A stretch of 64,000 bases of DNA from Octopus vulgaris (lineage: Eukaryota), in contig OX597832.1 of assembly GCA_951406725.2 (NCBI GenBank), positions 36,828,001-36,892,000 of the forward strand, in the 5' to 3' direction. The notes under the pieces were generated by a model. That model was not told where the DNA came from. It did no database searches and saw only the letters and a program-made list of their open reading frames with translations. The first letter of the stretch is position 1, and the number at the start of each line of letters is the position of its first letter. This document shows, piece after piece, positions 36,622 through 47,883 of the stretch. Position numbers and translations under genes: made by a program.

Positions 36622-38869
36622 TTATTGTTACGTGTATGTATTCATATAAATGAGGATATAGGTATAGCCTTGTGTATATTGAGTGAGAGATTTGGGAGTA
36701 GTCTTCCTAACTGAAGACCCTCTAGATACAAATATTTTCGACAGACACTGTGCAACCTCTGCGTGGTTGCTCCAGAAATATTTTCACTCAAATCACAACA
36801 TACCGAAAAGCATTAAATAATGTAGTCCTACTTATCGCTATAATACAAAAAAAAACCCCAAAACGGCTGCTTCTGACTAGATTGCCTTTAATCATAAGGC
36901 TGACCTGGAGCTAAACAAAAACCAAAAAATCCACCCAACGATCACCACCATCACCACCAATGTTTTTGTTGATGCTTCTGTAGACTGTATATTGAAATAA
37001 TACACCACATGATGTTTTCACGGTCATCGATAGTAAATCATTCACACATGTTCTCATACATTCTTCTCTGCGTTGAATTAGATCGATGCAGGCTTCCGTT
37101 GGTGTCTCTAGCAACCACGTGTTTACACATACTGAATTTCCATGTTGAAATTTTGGCAAATACTTTTTCATCCGTGCCGCAAGCAGGCTTCTACATAGTT
37201 CTGTAGTGCCCCCTTTTCTTATAACCCCTTTTATTACACTTCAAACAGGGATTGCACGAAGACATCATGTGAGTTTCCGCATAGTCTTTTGATTTGGTCG
37301 AAATATCACCCTGTTGATTCCTGATTCCTTTATATTTATAAGGTAGAAATCACACTCTGTTGGCAGCCCTCAGTATTGGGGGCAGCATTGTTTCTCCTCT
37401 CTCTCACTCAGCCACTCAATAAAGACACGATGACCTCGGCCAATTTATAGATCGAACAGTTTTTTCAATCGGTTTTTACCAGCCATAAAGTGAACTCTTT
37501 CACAGCTGACTCAGCTCACGCGCGCGTATTACAAACTGTGTGTGTGTTCAATATCCTTTTGAAAATATCTTATGATGAATCACTACCGTGACTATTACCA
37601 AATCAATATATTCTCACCTGTTAATGAACTGGACGAATGAATTGTCCTTATTAACTTCTCTCTCTCTCTCTTTCTCTCAGTAAGACAATTTAGTCAACAA
37701 TATCCTTCCCGTTTGACTATATTTTTGGACGGGATTGTTGGAACATTGGATAAAATGTATCAAGTTAGAACTCTTTGTCGTTAATGAAATCATTATTGAG
37801 ATCACCTTTTATTTTTTATTCTTTCAAGGTCATTAAAATAAAATACTAGTCAAGTGCTGAAATTAGTTATTTGACTAACTCCTTTTATTAAATTTTAGGT
37901 TTTATACCTGTTAGAAATAATGATATTATTATTATTGGTCAAAATGCATTGCAGTAATTATTTCAGCTCCATTTGTTCTAAATTAACCATGGGCCATTTT
38001 TGTGACCTATGGCATGTCTAAAGAAAAATTAACTTGAATTTTATTAGTAATACAGCCCACCTAATGATGACCCATGGCTCATACAGATTACTTCTTGGAA
38101 AAGGTTGCCCCTACCAGTACTAAATTAAAATCCTGCTGAAGTTAATTTTGCCTTTAATCTTTTCAAGGTATATAAAATAAAAGTACTAGTCAAATACTGT
38201 CCCTTTGCCTTAAAATTGAAGCCTGGTGTTGATGTCAGAAGTTAGCATTTCCCTGAGAGGCAATGGACTGAGGATGAAGTTGACTTCACGTGAAAAACTG
38301 GGAAGTGGTCATGGCCAGAGTCACCAGTTTCAATCAAAAATGGTTTAAGAGGAAGTAGAAATTAGGTTGAAGTGGATAATATCTACATTATTTTTATGAT
38401 GTACTGAATGACTCTTGTGTCTTGTCTCGGAAAACATCTGACCAGAAGTTTTGCTGTTTGGCTTCTTGTGTTGATAGTGACAGGCCTCACTGGCCCAGGA
38501 GGACCATTTCTCATTTCAGAATAGTTTGTTTCTACTTTGTACTTAATTTTTTCTTTTGACACTCACCTCCCCAGCTGACCAAAGCCTTTCAGAGGACTTG
38601 GTAGATGGACAGAAAGATGAGTGTCACAGTCATTCATACAAGAAATGTCATTCATTCTGTAAAAATATTTCAGGAAATAACGCCTCACTAAGTTGTAAAG
38701 GTTGATTACAGGAAGGGTATCCAGTCATAGAAAATCCACCTCATTAGACTTTGTCTGACCCATGTAGGCATGGAAAAGTGATCATTAATACAATAGTGAT
38801 GATGATTTCCTTATTATATTTATCAAGTCCAAGTGTTGTTATTTTATAGTAGTTTCCTATTTGCATATT

Positions 38870-39127
38870 GTGCTGGTGGCACGTAAAAAGCACCAAATGA
38901 TTGTGACCATTGCCAGCCTCCTCTGGCCCCTGTGCCAGTGGCATGTAAAACACACCCACTACACTCATAGAGTAGTTGGCGTTGGAAAGGGCATCCAGCT
39001 GTAGAAACACTGCTAGATCAGACTGGAGCCTGGTCTGGGAAGCCTCAGGCTTAGGCTTCCCAGACCCCGGTCAAACTGTCCAATCCATGCTAGCATAGAA
39101 AACGGACGTTAAACGATGATGGTGATG
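38870..39127 (+). mobile_element. RTE LINE 3' UTR/tail
   Basis: GGTGGCACGTAAAAAGCACC...GGGCATCCAGCTGTAGAAACAC...CCATGCTAGCAT.GAAAACGGACGTTAAACGATGATG. Confidence 0.9.
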
Positions 39128-41443
39128 TAGGTATATTTTGTTTGGTGGTGTTGCAACTGTTGTGGCTGTTAAATGGAAAGTTAGATTTTATGGGCTGAAT
39201 ATGGCAGTATACTTTTGATTCTTAGTCAATCCTGTTTTACTTAATCATGTTATTGTTAGAGGGAGGAAGTGGGAAATACCTGAACAAGGGTATTGAAATA
39301 TATCTGTCACATATCTATGCCTGCCACCTTTGCTAAAGGTGAGTGGGGAGGGAAGGCACTACCGGCATGTGATTGCATTACTCTCTGAGCCATGACTCAT
39401 CATTCGTTTCCACTTGATGTAGGAATTAACCCCCCCCCCCCCCCCGGTAACCGGTTGTTTCTTCTTGCCTTCTTTGAAGTTTGAAGATCCCTGATGTAAT
39501 CTATGGAAGCAGTTATTCTCTCAATGCCTGGTGCATTTCAGAGTTAAAAGTATTTTAGTCGGCACACAATAAGGGCCAGTGCTCACCCCTCATGGACTTG
39601 GTGTAATTGTGACTCCAGTATTAGACAATGGTTTCTGATACTGACTTGATTTTTGAAATGGTGAAAAAATTCTTCAAAGTTCTTGTTCTTTTTTCTGGCA
39701 ATTCTTACACAGACACATGGCTTTTCGTTTTATAGAAAATTAATGATGGAATTTCTATGATGTTCTTGCCTTTACCAAGCTAATACCTGCTTATGAATTC
39801 TTTGTATTCTTCCCTCGCATTAAACTTAATGCAATTATTGTTCTTTTGTCCTAGGTTAACATTGATAGATCAATGATATTCCAGCCATGACCATCTGGTT
39901 GATGTGATCACTGACAAACTGAAGCTCACAGGGCTTTCTGAATGACATACCTAAATGTGAAAGTACCTTGATTTGTTTTTCAGTCGTGTGGCTCACCTGA
40001 TGATCTGCCATGTCTCGTGAAACCTGCTTCTTGGGAAAAGGTTGACCAGGCCTGGTCAGATGTGTTAAATGTGTCCATCATTGTTTAAAACAGTAGGAGT
40101 GTAATTTATTCACATCTTGCTGCTATTTATAGTAAAATGGCTGATATACAGATTATTCTGTGTGGAAGCAAGAAAAGTACTGTGTGTCTCTGTAAAGAAA
40201 CTTTGCCATTTTTCAACAGAAAACAGCAGAAATACTTAAATGTCTTCTCTTTCTCTCCTACAAATCCTGTATTTCTCTCCCTTAACTCTTTCATTTTCCT
40301 TCCTTTCTCTCATCACTCAATCCACGTCTCTTCTTCCTCTTTCTCCCCTTCTCTTCTTCCTCTTTCTCCCCTTCTCTTCCTCCTCTCTCTCTCTCCCATG
40401 CTGATTTCCACAGAAGCCATTAGTAGCAAATATGACATTGCCAATGTTGCTCTGTGTTGCCATGACAACCATATTCCTCATCACCCCATCCATTCCAGTG
40501 GCCAGCTACTGTGGCACACTGGGGGACTGGCTGTTATTCAGGTTTACACCTGTTATCAGTTTATTTGTTAAATAACTCCTCCCTTTTTACTGGATTTTCT
40601 TCATTATTCTTTTTTCTTATTTTCGCAAATAAGTCTTTCATTTTCAGTCAAATCAATCATTAGCCTATTCTTTCTGTGATCTTAAGAAAAGCATGACCAT
40701 CACAGCCTCCTATTCGTATTATCTAGGGTCTCTTATTAATTCATAATAAAAAAGATTTTGGGTCCCCCCCCCTCCCCCGTTTTAGTATTACTTCTCATTC
40801 TGTAACTCCACTTTGGAAAGCATTAATGTTACCACACAGAAAAGATTCCCTTCCTCTCTGCCTATGTAAAGAAATATGAGACTTAATGCTTAAGAAAAAA
40901 AAAAAATATCAATTTTTATCACTTTTCTGTTGCCACCCCCCTCATGTTTCCTTTCATATCTACCTTCCCCTGCCTCCATTTAATCCCTCTCTCTTAATCT
41001 TATCCGGCTCTCACTGTGTTATTGGAAGAGGAATTAGTGCCACATTCTGGCTGAAGAAGTTGACGCCTCTCGTTCAATGTTTTTCCTGTTCTTTGAGAAG
41101 AGACCCGAGCTTTTGCTCTGCATTTATGGAGATCACGTAACTGTGTGTTGGTAGGGATGATTCACAGGATTGATTTAATTGATTTACTAGAAATTTGATG
41201 CAGAAGAATCCCAAGAACTGGTCTTCAGAGACGGAACAGGGCTAATATTAATAACAATGGTTTCAAATGTTGGCACATAGCTGGCAATTTTAGGAGGAGG
41301 GTATCGGTCGATCACATTCACCTCATTGCTCAACTGGTATTCCAGTTTGAGAACTCCGAGGCAAAGAACTCTGAAGGCAAAGTTGATCTTGGCAGAACTG
41401 AAACGTCACTAAGCATTCCGTTTGACATGCTAAGGATTCTGCC

Positions 41444-42028
41444 AAAGATTGAGAGAAAGTTACGGCGAAAGAGTACAGCAGGGATCGCCAGGCGTTCCCG
41501 CTCAATAAACACTCACAACGCCTGGTCTGGGAATCGGAACTGTGATCCTACGACCTCGAGTCCGCTGCCCTAACTACTGGGCCATTGCAAGAGCATCTAA
41601 CCATAAAATCCAGGCCAACACACAGTGGAGCCTGGTGCAGTCCACTGGCTAGCAAGCTCCTGTCAAGATATCCAATCTATGCCAACATGGGAAACAGACA
41701 TTAAGCGATATTGATGATTTTCATCATCATCATCGTTTAGCGTCTGTTTTCCATGCTAGCATGGGTTGGATGTCTTGACAGGAGCTTGCTAGCCAGTGGA
41801 CTGCACCAGGCTCCACTGTGTTTTGACCTGGATTTTATGGTTAGATGCTCTTGCAATGGCCCAGTAGTTAGGGCAGCGGACTCGAGGTCGTAGGATCACA
41901 GTTCCGATTCCCAGACCAGGCGTTGTGAGTGTTTATTGAGCGGGAACGCCTAAGCTCCATGAGGCTCTGGCAGGGGGGGGGGGGCGATCCCTGCTGTACT
42001 CTTTCGCCGTAACTTTCTCTCAATCTTT
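41444..42028. repeat. 585-bp near-perfect palindrome built from an RTE tail joined to a SINE S3 head
   Basis: 41444-41718 is the reverse complement of 41721-42028; outer portion identical except for a ~30-bp deletion in the left arm. Confidence 0.97.
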
Positions 42029-42146
42029 CTTCCGTTGGCCTGTTCACTTAGCCAGCGGAGTGGCATCATTTGAAGGCTAAAACAATGCGAAGCGCATTGT
42101 GACCTGTGATGTGTAGCAACATCTGATAGCCTGGTCAGTCACATGT
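41852..42146 (+). mobile_element. tRNA-derived SINE (family S3)
   Basis: A box TGGCCCAGTAGTTAG, B-box-like GTTCCGATTCC; head matches the stub at 23593; CpG-rich, so young. Confidence 0.85.
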
Positions 42147-42194
42147 TATATATATATGCATGTGCACACTCACACATATTTATACACATATATA

Positions 42195-42807
42195 CTAGCA
42201 GCTAAACCCTGTTTTATCCGGTCGGTTTGGATGATGTGACTGTAAAACCTGCTCTGTGTAAGCATTCGACTTGTTTGGGCATGCTTATGTTAAAAAACAA
42301 TTTTCAAATGACTTTTTTCTGTCAAAACACTAAAAATAACTGACCAAATCAGAAAATAAACCCAAATACTAAGGAAACAAAAGAAGAACCATCCCACTTC
42401 TATTGTGCACACACACACAAACACATATATATTCACACAGAATTGAAACGCTGTTTGATTTATTTTTTTCATCATACAATTTTCATCATCCCACTACCAA
42501 GTAGGACATCACCCTTCCTTTTTCGTTCATAAACCACAGGAGTATTATTATAGCAGATTATCTCAGTAACCATGGGAGCTATGAAAAAATATGACATCAC
42601 CCCTTCCTTTCTCATTCATAAACACAAGAGTATTTTTATAGTAGATTATCTTGGTAACCATTGGAGCTATGAAAAAAATGCAAAGCCCAGCATCACCACC
42701 AGATCAGTCTACACATCTGTGTAATTTTTTGTGCAGTTCCACCCAGCCGTTTGACTGTGAATCCCAAGACAAGAAAGAATTGCCCATGTCAAATTCATAT
42801 GTATAGA
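42195..42807 (-). mobile_element. Non-autonomous Helitron with an internal ~88-bp tandem duplication
   Basis: The minus strand begins A|TCTATAC and ends ...GCTGCTAG|T, with a decayed subterminal hairpin (ACCGG-ATAAAA-CAGGGT); duplicated GACATCACCC...GGAGCTATGAAAAAA at 42505 and 42593. Confidence 0.75.
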
Positions 42808-45437
42808 TATATATACGTGACGTAACTTTCATTTGATTTTTAGGTGTATAATTCTCTATTTGTTGCAGTGATCTTGTCTTGCAGTACTTTCATAAAAAGA
42901 AAAAACCAAAGGAGGGAGAGTGCACACAATCAGTGTCAGTTTATTGTTTGCATTCCTCTGCCGTATATGTTTTTTTTCCAATTGATGCTGAAAGTTCTTC
43001 AAACTCCCCGGCTGTTCTCCATCTCAGCGAGGCCAGTCGTCTCTCAACAATACAATCACACACCTGATGCATTATTGAATTTCTATAATAACTCACTTGT
43101 CACAACCGCTTATATCATATTCAAGTAAATACTGCTTTTGAAAGCAAGCTCCGCTTAAGTTAACAAGCATTACGACAACAACAACAACAACAACTTAGGG
43201 TCTCTTCTACCTCTCCCTCTCCCTCTCTCTCTCCACTGATTTATTGCTGCTATGTAGCAGCTGTCTTAACCACTCTGTGCATTTCTGCAATTATTCCTCG
43301 ACAACAACTCATGCCTAGTCTTCAGTTCCTTCAGCAATTATTACAGCTCTTCAAGAACTAGCTTGAGCTGGCTTTGCATTTAGCAATAAGCCTCTTGTGC
43401 TCTCTCTCTGTCTTTCTCTCTCTCCTCTCTCTCCTCCCTCTCCTCCCTGTTAATTTCTCCCTCGTTATCAACTTCTCTCTGTTGAACTAATGATGTCGAT
43501 GTTTTTATCTCAGGTGGCTTTGACAGATAAGTCATAGAACCATGCCACAGGAAATAAAGATAACTTGTCTATTTGCTTATTTGTACTTGTGTACACACAC
43601 ACACACACACACACACATTTAAACTACACATGCACATACATACATTCACACGCACACAAACTACATACATATGTAAACACATGATGCACATACATTCACA
43701 CACACACATGCACACGTGTGTGCGTTTTACAATATTGTTTAATATGAAACGCAATTTTTCCTTCTCTATTTATAATGTTCATTTGCGATTACAGTGCCCT
43801 ACATTTATCATCATCATCATCATCATCATTATTATTACTTTAGAAAGACAAGGAAAAAAAAACCCAAAACAGACAAATGCATTAACCTTATTTCTTGTTG
43901 CTTCAGGATTTTTGCCTGTTGATTGTGTGTTTTTAATTTTTGTTGTTTCTTTTACATGGATATTTTTTTAAAAAGTAATAAAATATCCCCAGTCTCTCCT
44001 CCCTCCCTTGGTAACTCCCTCTGCCCATCTTTAATGAAGTTGTGCAAAATGCTTCAATTCGATTTTGCTATGTATGGAAGCTTCAGGGGCCAGAATCTCC
44101 TCTCCCTCAACCCCACCTTCCCCGTCCCCTTTTTCATATTGAATGCAGTTGTGGTGGTGGTGGTGATATCTTCTTTTTCTTTTTTTGTGGTCTTTTTTGT
44201 AAATCTTCACACATCTAATAAGTTTAGTTCTAGTTATGCTTAGGCACAGGTAACAGCATTCCGTAATAGTCTGCTTCCTAATAAATAGACTTTTTTTTGT
44301 CTTTTTTTAATTTGTACAAAATGCCAAAAAATAAGTAATAAAAGAAGAAAAAGGAAAATCTATTGATTCCAGTAATTAAGTTTCTGGTCATGGATCTCTT
44401 CAAATGTTCTTGTGTTGTTAATAATAAATGTCAATATATTTTATGAATATACCATGAACAGACTGTTGCATGTGAACACAAACACACACACACACACACA
44501 CACATTCCTGCCTGCTGCCACTCACCCTCCAACCCTCCCTCTTTTCTAGTCTTCCTCTCTGTCTTTTTGTCTATCTCTCTTTTCCCTGCATTTTCTCTAA
44601 AAGTAGTTACAGTAAAATGTCTTGATATTTTCATTGTATGTTTAAGACAATTTTAATTTAATGTGTATTATTTCAAATATCATTTGCTTATAGTTAAAGT
44701 TGGTTGGATTCCAAAATGTGGAAAATGGTGACATTGGCATAAGTTTGTTACAAAAAAAGTAGAAGAAGAAATAAAAACAAATAATGGTAAATGAAAGCAG
44801 AAACAAAAGTGAAAATAATTGACATTTAAACAAGTGTTGGGCAGTGACATTCTTTGAAGAAATATTTCTCTTGATAAAGAAAACCTTCACTGACCTATAT
44901 GTGAGGCAGCACTTAATCAGCTGGACAAAACAACTCAGATATTTCTTTAGATGGACAAGATAAAGTGAAGATTGTCTATTTAAAGAATTACTGCCTTTAC
45001 CTGCTCATTAGTGGAGTTCTAATTGAGCAGTTTTAACCATTTCAACTCCTCTGGTCTACATTTTGTTGACATTTTTTCTTATTATTTGGTTTTTGGTTTT
45101 ATTGATTTATTTTGTTTCTTAACAAATATAAAGCCATTATTTAACTCCCTGTCATTGTTTTACAAATATCTTACAATTCTTTAATTCCCTTTTGTCTGTC
45201 GATATATGTAGAATCGTCATCACAATACAGTGATAACATTCTCTTGCAGTTTCAGTTAATCATTGAAATGGTTTGGTTAAATAACGGATATTTTCTTATT
45301 TATTGATAAAATAAAATGGTGTTTGGAATACAATTTTAAAAGAAACAAGATTCTTCCATAATTCTGTAACGTAAGTTGACATTTGGATCTAAATATACCA
45401 TCTCACTTGAAACTGCACAGGAATATGGGGAATTTTA

Positions 45438-45665
45438 GGTGAGATGGTAATTGAAGACCAGAGGTGGTCTCAGATGAATTAGTAACTAAGAAACAGAGGT
45501 AGTCTCAGGTAAGTTGGTAATTTTAGACCAGAAGTGGTCCTTATTTGGTAACTTAGAACCAACAGTGGTTTTAGGTAAGTTGGTAACTTAGGACTAAAGA
45601 TTGTCTCAAGGGTATTAGTAACTTGGAACCAAAGGTGGTCTCAGATGGCACTGTAACTTCAGGCT
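45438..45665. repeat. Degenerate 35-bp minisatellite
   Basis: Units near GGTAAGTTGGTAACTTAGACCAGAGGTGGTCTCA, six to seven copies. Confidence 0.85.
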
Positions 45666-45809
45666 AGGGTATGTTGGTCACTGAACCAAGCATGGTTTGA
45701 GGCATATTGTTGTTGCAAATGTTAAGCATTTCATATAATATTGGAAGAGATAAGGGAAGAGCTACTGGGTTATGGTACCTGAGCTATGTCCAGTAACACT
45801 TGTTTATTC

Positions 45810-46040
45810 GTGTGTCCTTGCAAAACGTGACTAATACTATAAATCCCTCGCAATACATAATTAATGCTACATGTCCTTGCGAGACATTGATAATGCTACA
45901 TGGCCCCTGTAAGATATGACAAATGCTACATACCTATATGACTAATATTACATGTCTTTTGTAAGAGACACAACTAATGTTTCAGGTAACTTTACAAGAC
46001 ATAACTAATACCTCATGTCTGTTGCAACACTGATGCCACA
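45810..46040. repeat. Degenerate ~30-bp minisatellite
   Basis: Units near CATGTCCTTGCAAGACATGACTAATGCTA, seven to eight copies. Confidence 0.85.
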
Positions 46041-46943
46041 GATGCTGACAGTAGGCATCATTTTGAGACAGATTAACTGAGGAATAGAAAAAAAAAATGT
46101 TACAATATATTTATTTATTTAGCTAACCTGTCTGAACAGATTTCGCTACCATTCCAAGTTGTACTTAGCTTTCCTCAAGTCCATACAATGGATCTAATGA
46201 TTTCCTGCTTCTGCTACTCCTGGTATTTCGCTGTGGTGCCCCAAGGGTGATAATAGAGCACAAAGCCAGTTGAGCTTTAAATATTTATTATCTCCCCTTT
46301 ACTGTCTTTTTTTTCCTTTTTTTCTTTTTTGTTAGGTTGTGTTGTAAGCACTGAATCTACCAATTACACATCTATTGTTTATTGATAGTGGATTTAACTT
46401 TCTATTTGTGATTGTTCCAAATATCAGTTATTCTGCTGCTGCTTACATCATGGCAAGAATATGTTCACTAAACCACAATAGCAATATTCTGACAGCACTA
46501 GTAAAAAGAACCAAAATCTTACCCCGAGAGTTAAAAAATATACAAAACATCAAGCCAGCTTCCTCCTCTCGTGTAACAACGAACTTGATTTCTTCAAAAT
46601 TTTCCATCATTTGTTGTCCTCATCTTTTTGTCAGGTTCATTCTTGTGAGGGTTTGATAAGTTTGGTTTATCAAATTAATGTATCCAAGATAATGTAGTCC
46701 TTGCATTTTTAGAATGTAAGGTATAATTTGAGGGCAATTTTGTTACTATTTTTAGCTAGTCAAGTAACCGAGTATATCCCCCCCCCCGTCTCTGCTTTAT
46801 TGGAATCATTGTTTAGCAATTAGTATCTCTTGAAGTAATGTTTCTGACATGTCAGTAACTGTAATCATAGAGATAAACAGCAGTTTATTGTATTAGCATA
46901 GCCTCATACATACTGTGTATAAGATAACCTCTTAGATACTGTA

Positions 46944-46985
<42 letters not shown>

Positions 46986-47167
46986 ATAACTATACAGATA
47001 CTGTATATAATGCAGTCTTATAGATACTGTATATACAACATAACCTCATATGTGATCTATATAATGTAGCATCAGTTGTTAAGGTGGAATATTCATAGAT
47101 ATTTTTTATATAACAACACCTCATAAATATTATATGTAACATATATATATATATATATATATATATA

Positions 47168-47582
47168 GGTGAATTGAAGAAATGGAGCTGAACGCAGATT
47201 GAACAGAAATCGTTTTATTTCATTCTACACGTGTTTCGAAAGGCACAAATTACCAAAATCCGATTGAATAATGGGACCATATTGTGTCTTTCTCTTCAGG
47301 AAGAAAAAGGAAATCCGTTAGAGAAACAAAAACAGAACAGAGCGGAGCAAAAACCAAATCGAACTGTAGAATGAAATAAAACGATTTCTGTTCAATCTGC
47401 GTTCAGCTCCATTTCTTCAATTCACCAATAATGTTTTAATTTCAATATCCGCACCAACGCAGTTGCAACGCCAGATGGTTGTACCTCCAACCGTGCTGTT
47501 TACTGCTGTGATTTTTGCTACTAAGGTATCGGTTAACTTTTGATTAATCTACAACAAGATTATTCATCTTTCTATTTCACAT
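47168..47582. mobile_element. Small Penelope-like terminal-repeat element in (TA)n with a perfect 62-bp inverted repeat
   Basis: 47168-47229 is the exact reverse complement of 47365-47426; (TA)n on both flanks; contains the hammerhead listed next. Confidence 0.85.
47218..47307 (-). ncRNA. Type I hammerhead ribozyme, apparently intact
   Basis: Minus strand: TTTTCTTC-CTGAAGA-GAAAGACACAA...TTGTGCCTTTC-GAAA-CACGTG-TA-GAATGAAA. Full CUGANGA/GAAA/UH core, stem II 10 of 11 pairs, palindromic stem III, stem I 7 of 8 pairs; predicted cut after GUA between 47226 and 47225. Confidence 0.88.
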
Positions 47583-47644
47583 AATATATATATATATATA
47601 TATATAACATAGACTTAGAGATATTGTATATAACATTACTTCAC

Positions 47645-47883
47645 TTAATCATTTAACTACAAAATTAAATTTCATGGCTATAAGGATGTTAAGAATCTAC
47701 CAAAAAAAAAAGAAATAGAAATGATATTTTCTGCAAGTCACGTTGCCTCAATAAACTTGACAAAAAATAGTTACAAACATGACATTCCTTAACAAATGAT
47801 AGAATGGTATATAAAACTGCTATCTACAGTCAAGGATGATGAAATTTTGGGAGTATATCTGATTTTTGTAGTAAAACAGTTAA
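47645..47883 (+). mobile_element. MITE family B
   Basis: TTAA at both ends; AATAGAAATGATATT.TCTGCAAGTCA shared with 56577. Confidence 0.75.

Noticed and set aside
41852-41925. tRNA-like A and B boxes (also 21464, 22208, 23593)
   Set aside because: SINE heads continuing into SINE bodies; no complete cloverleaf, so not called tRNA genes.
45438-46040. Regularly spaced 30-35 bp repeats resembling a CRISPR array
   Set aside because: Units are contiguous and degenerate with no unique spacers, there are no cas genes, and the context is eukaryotic.
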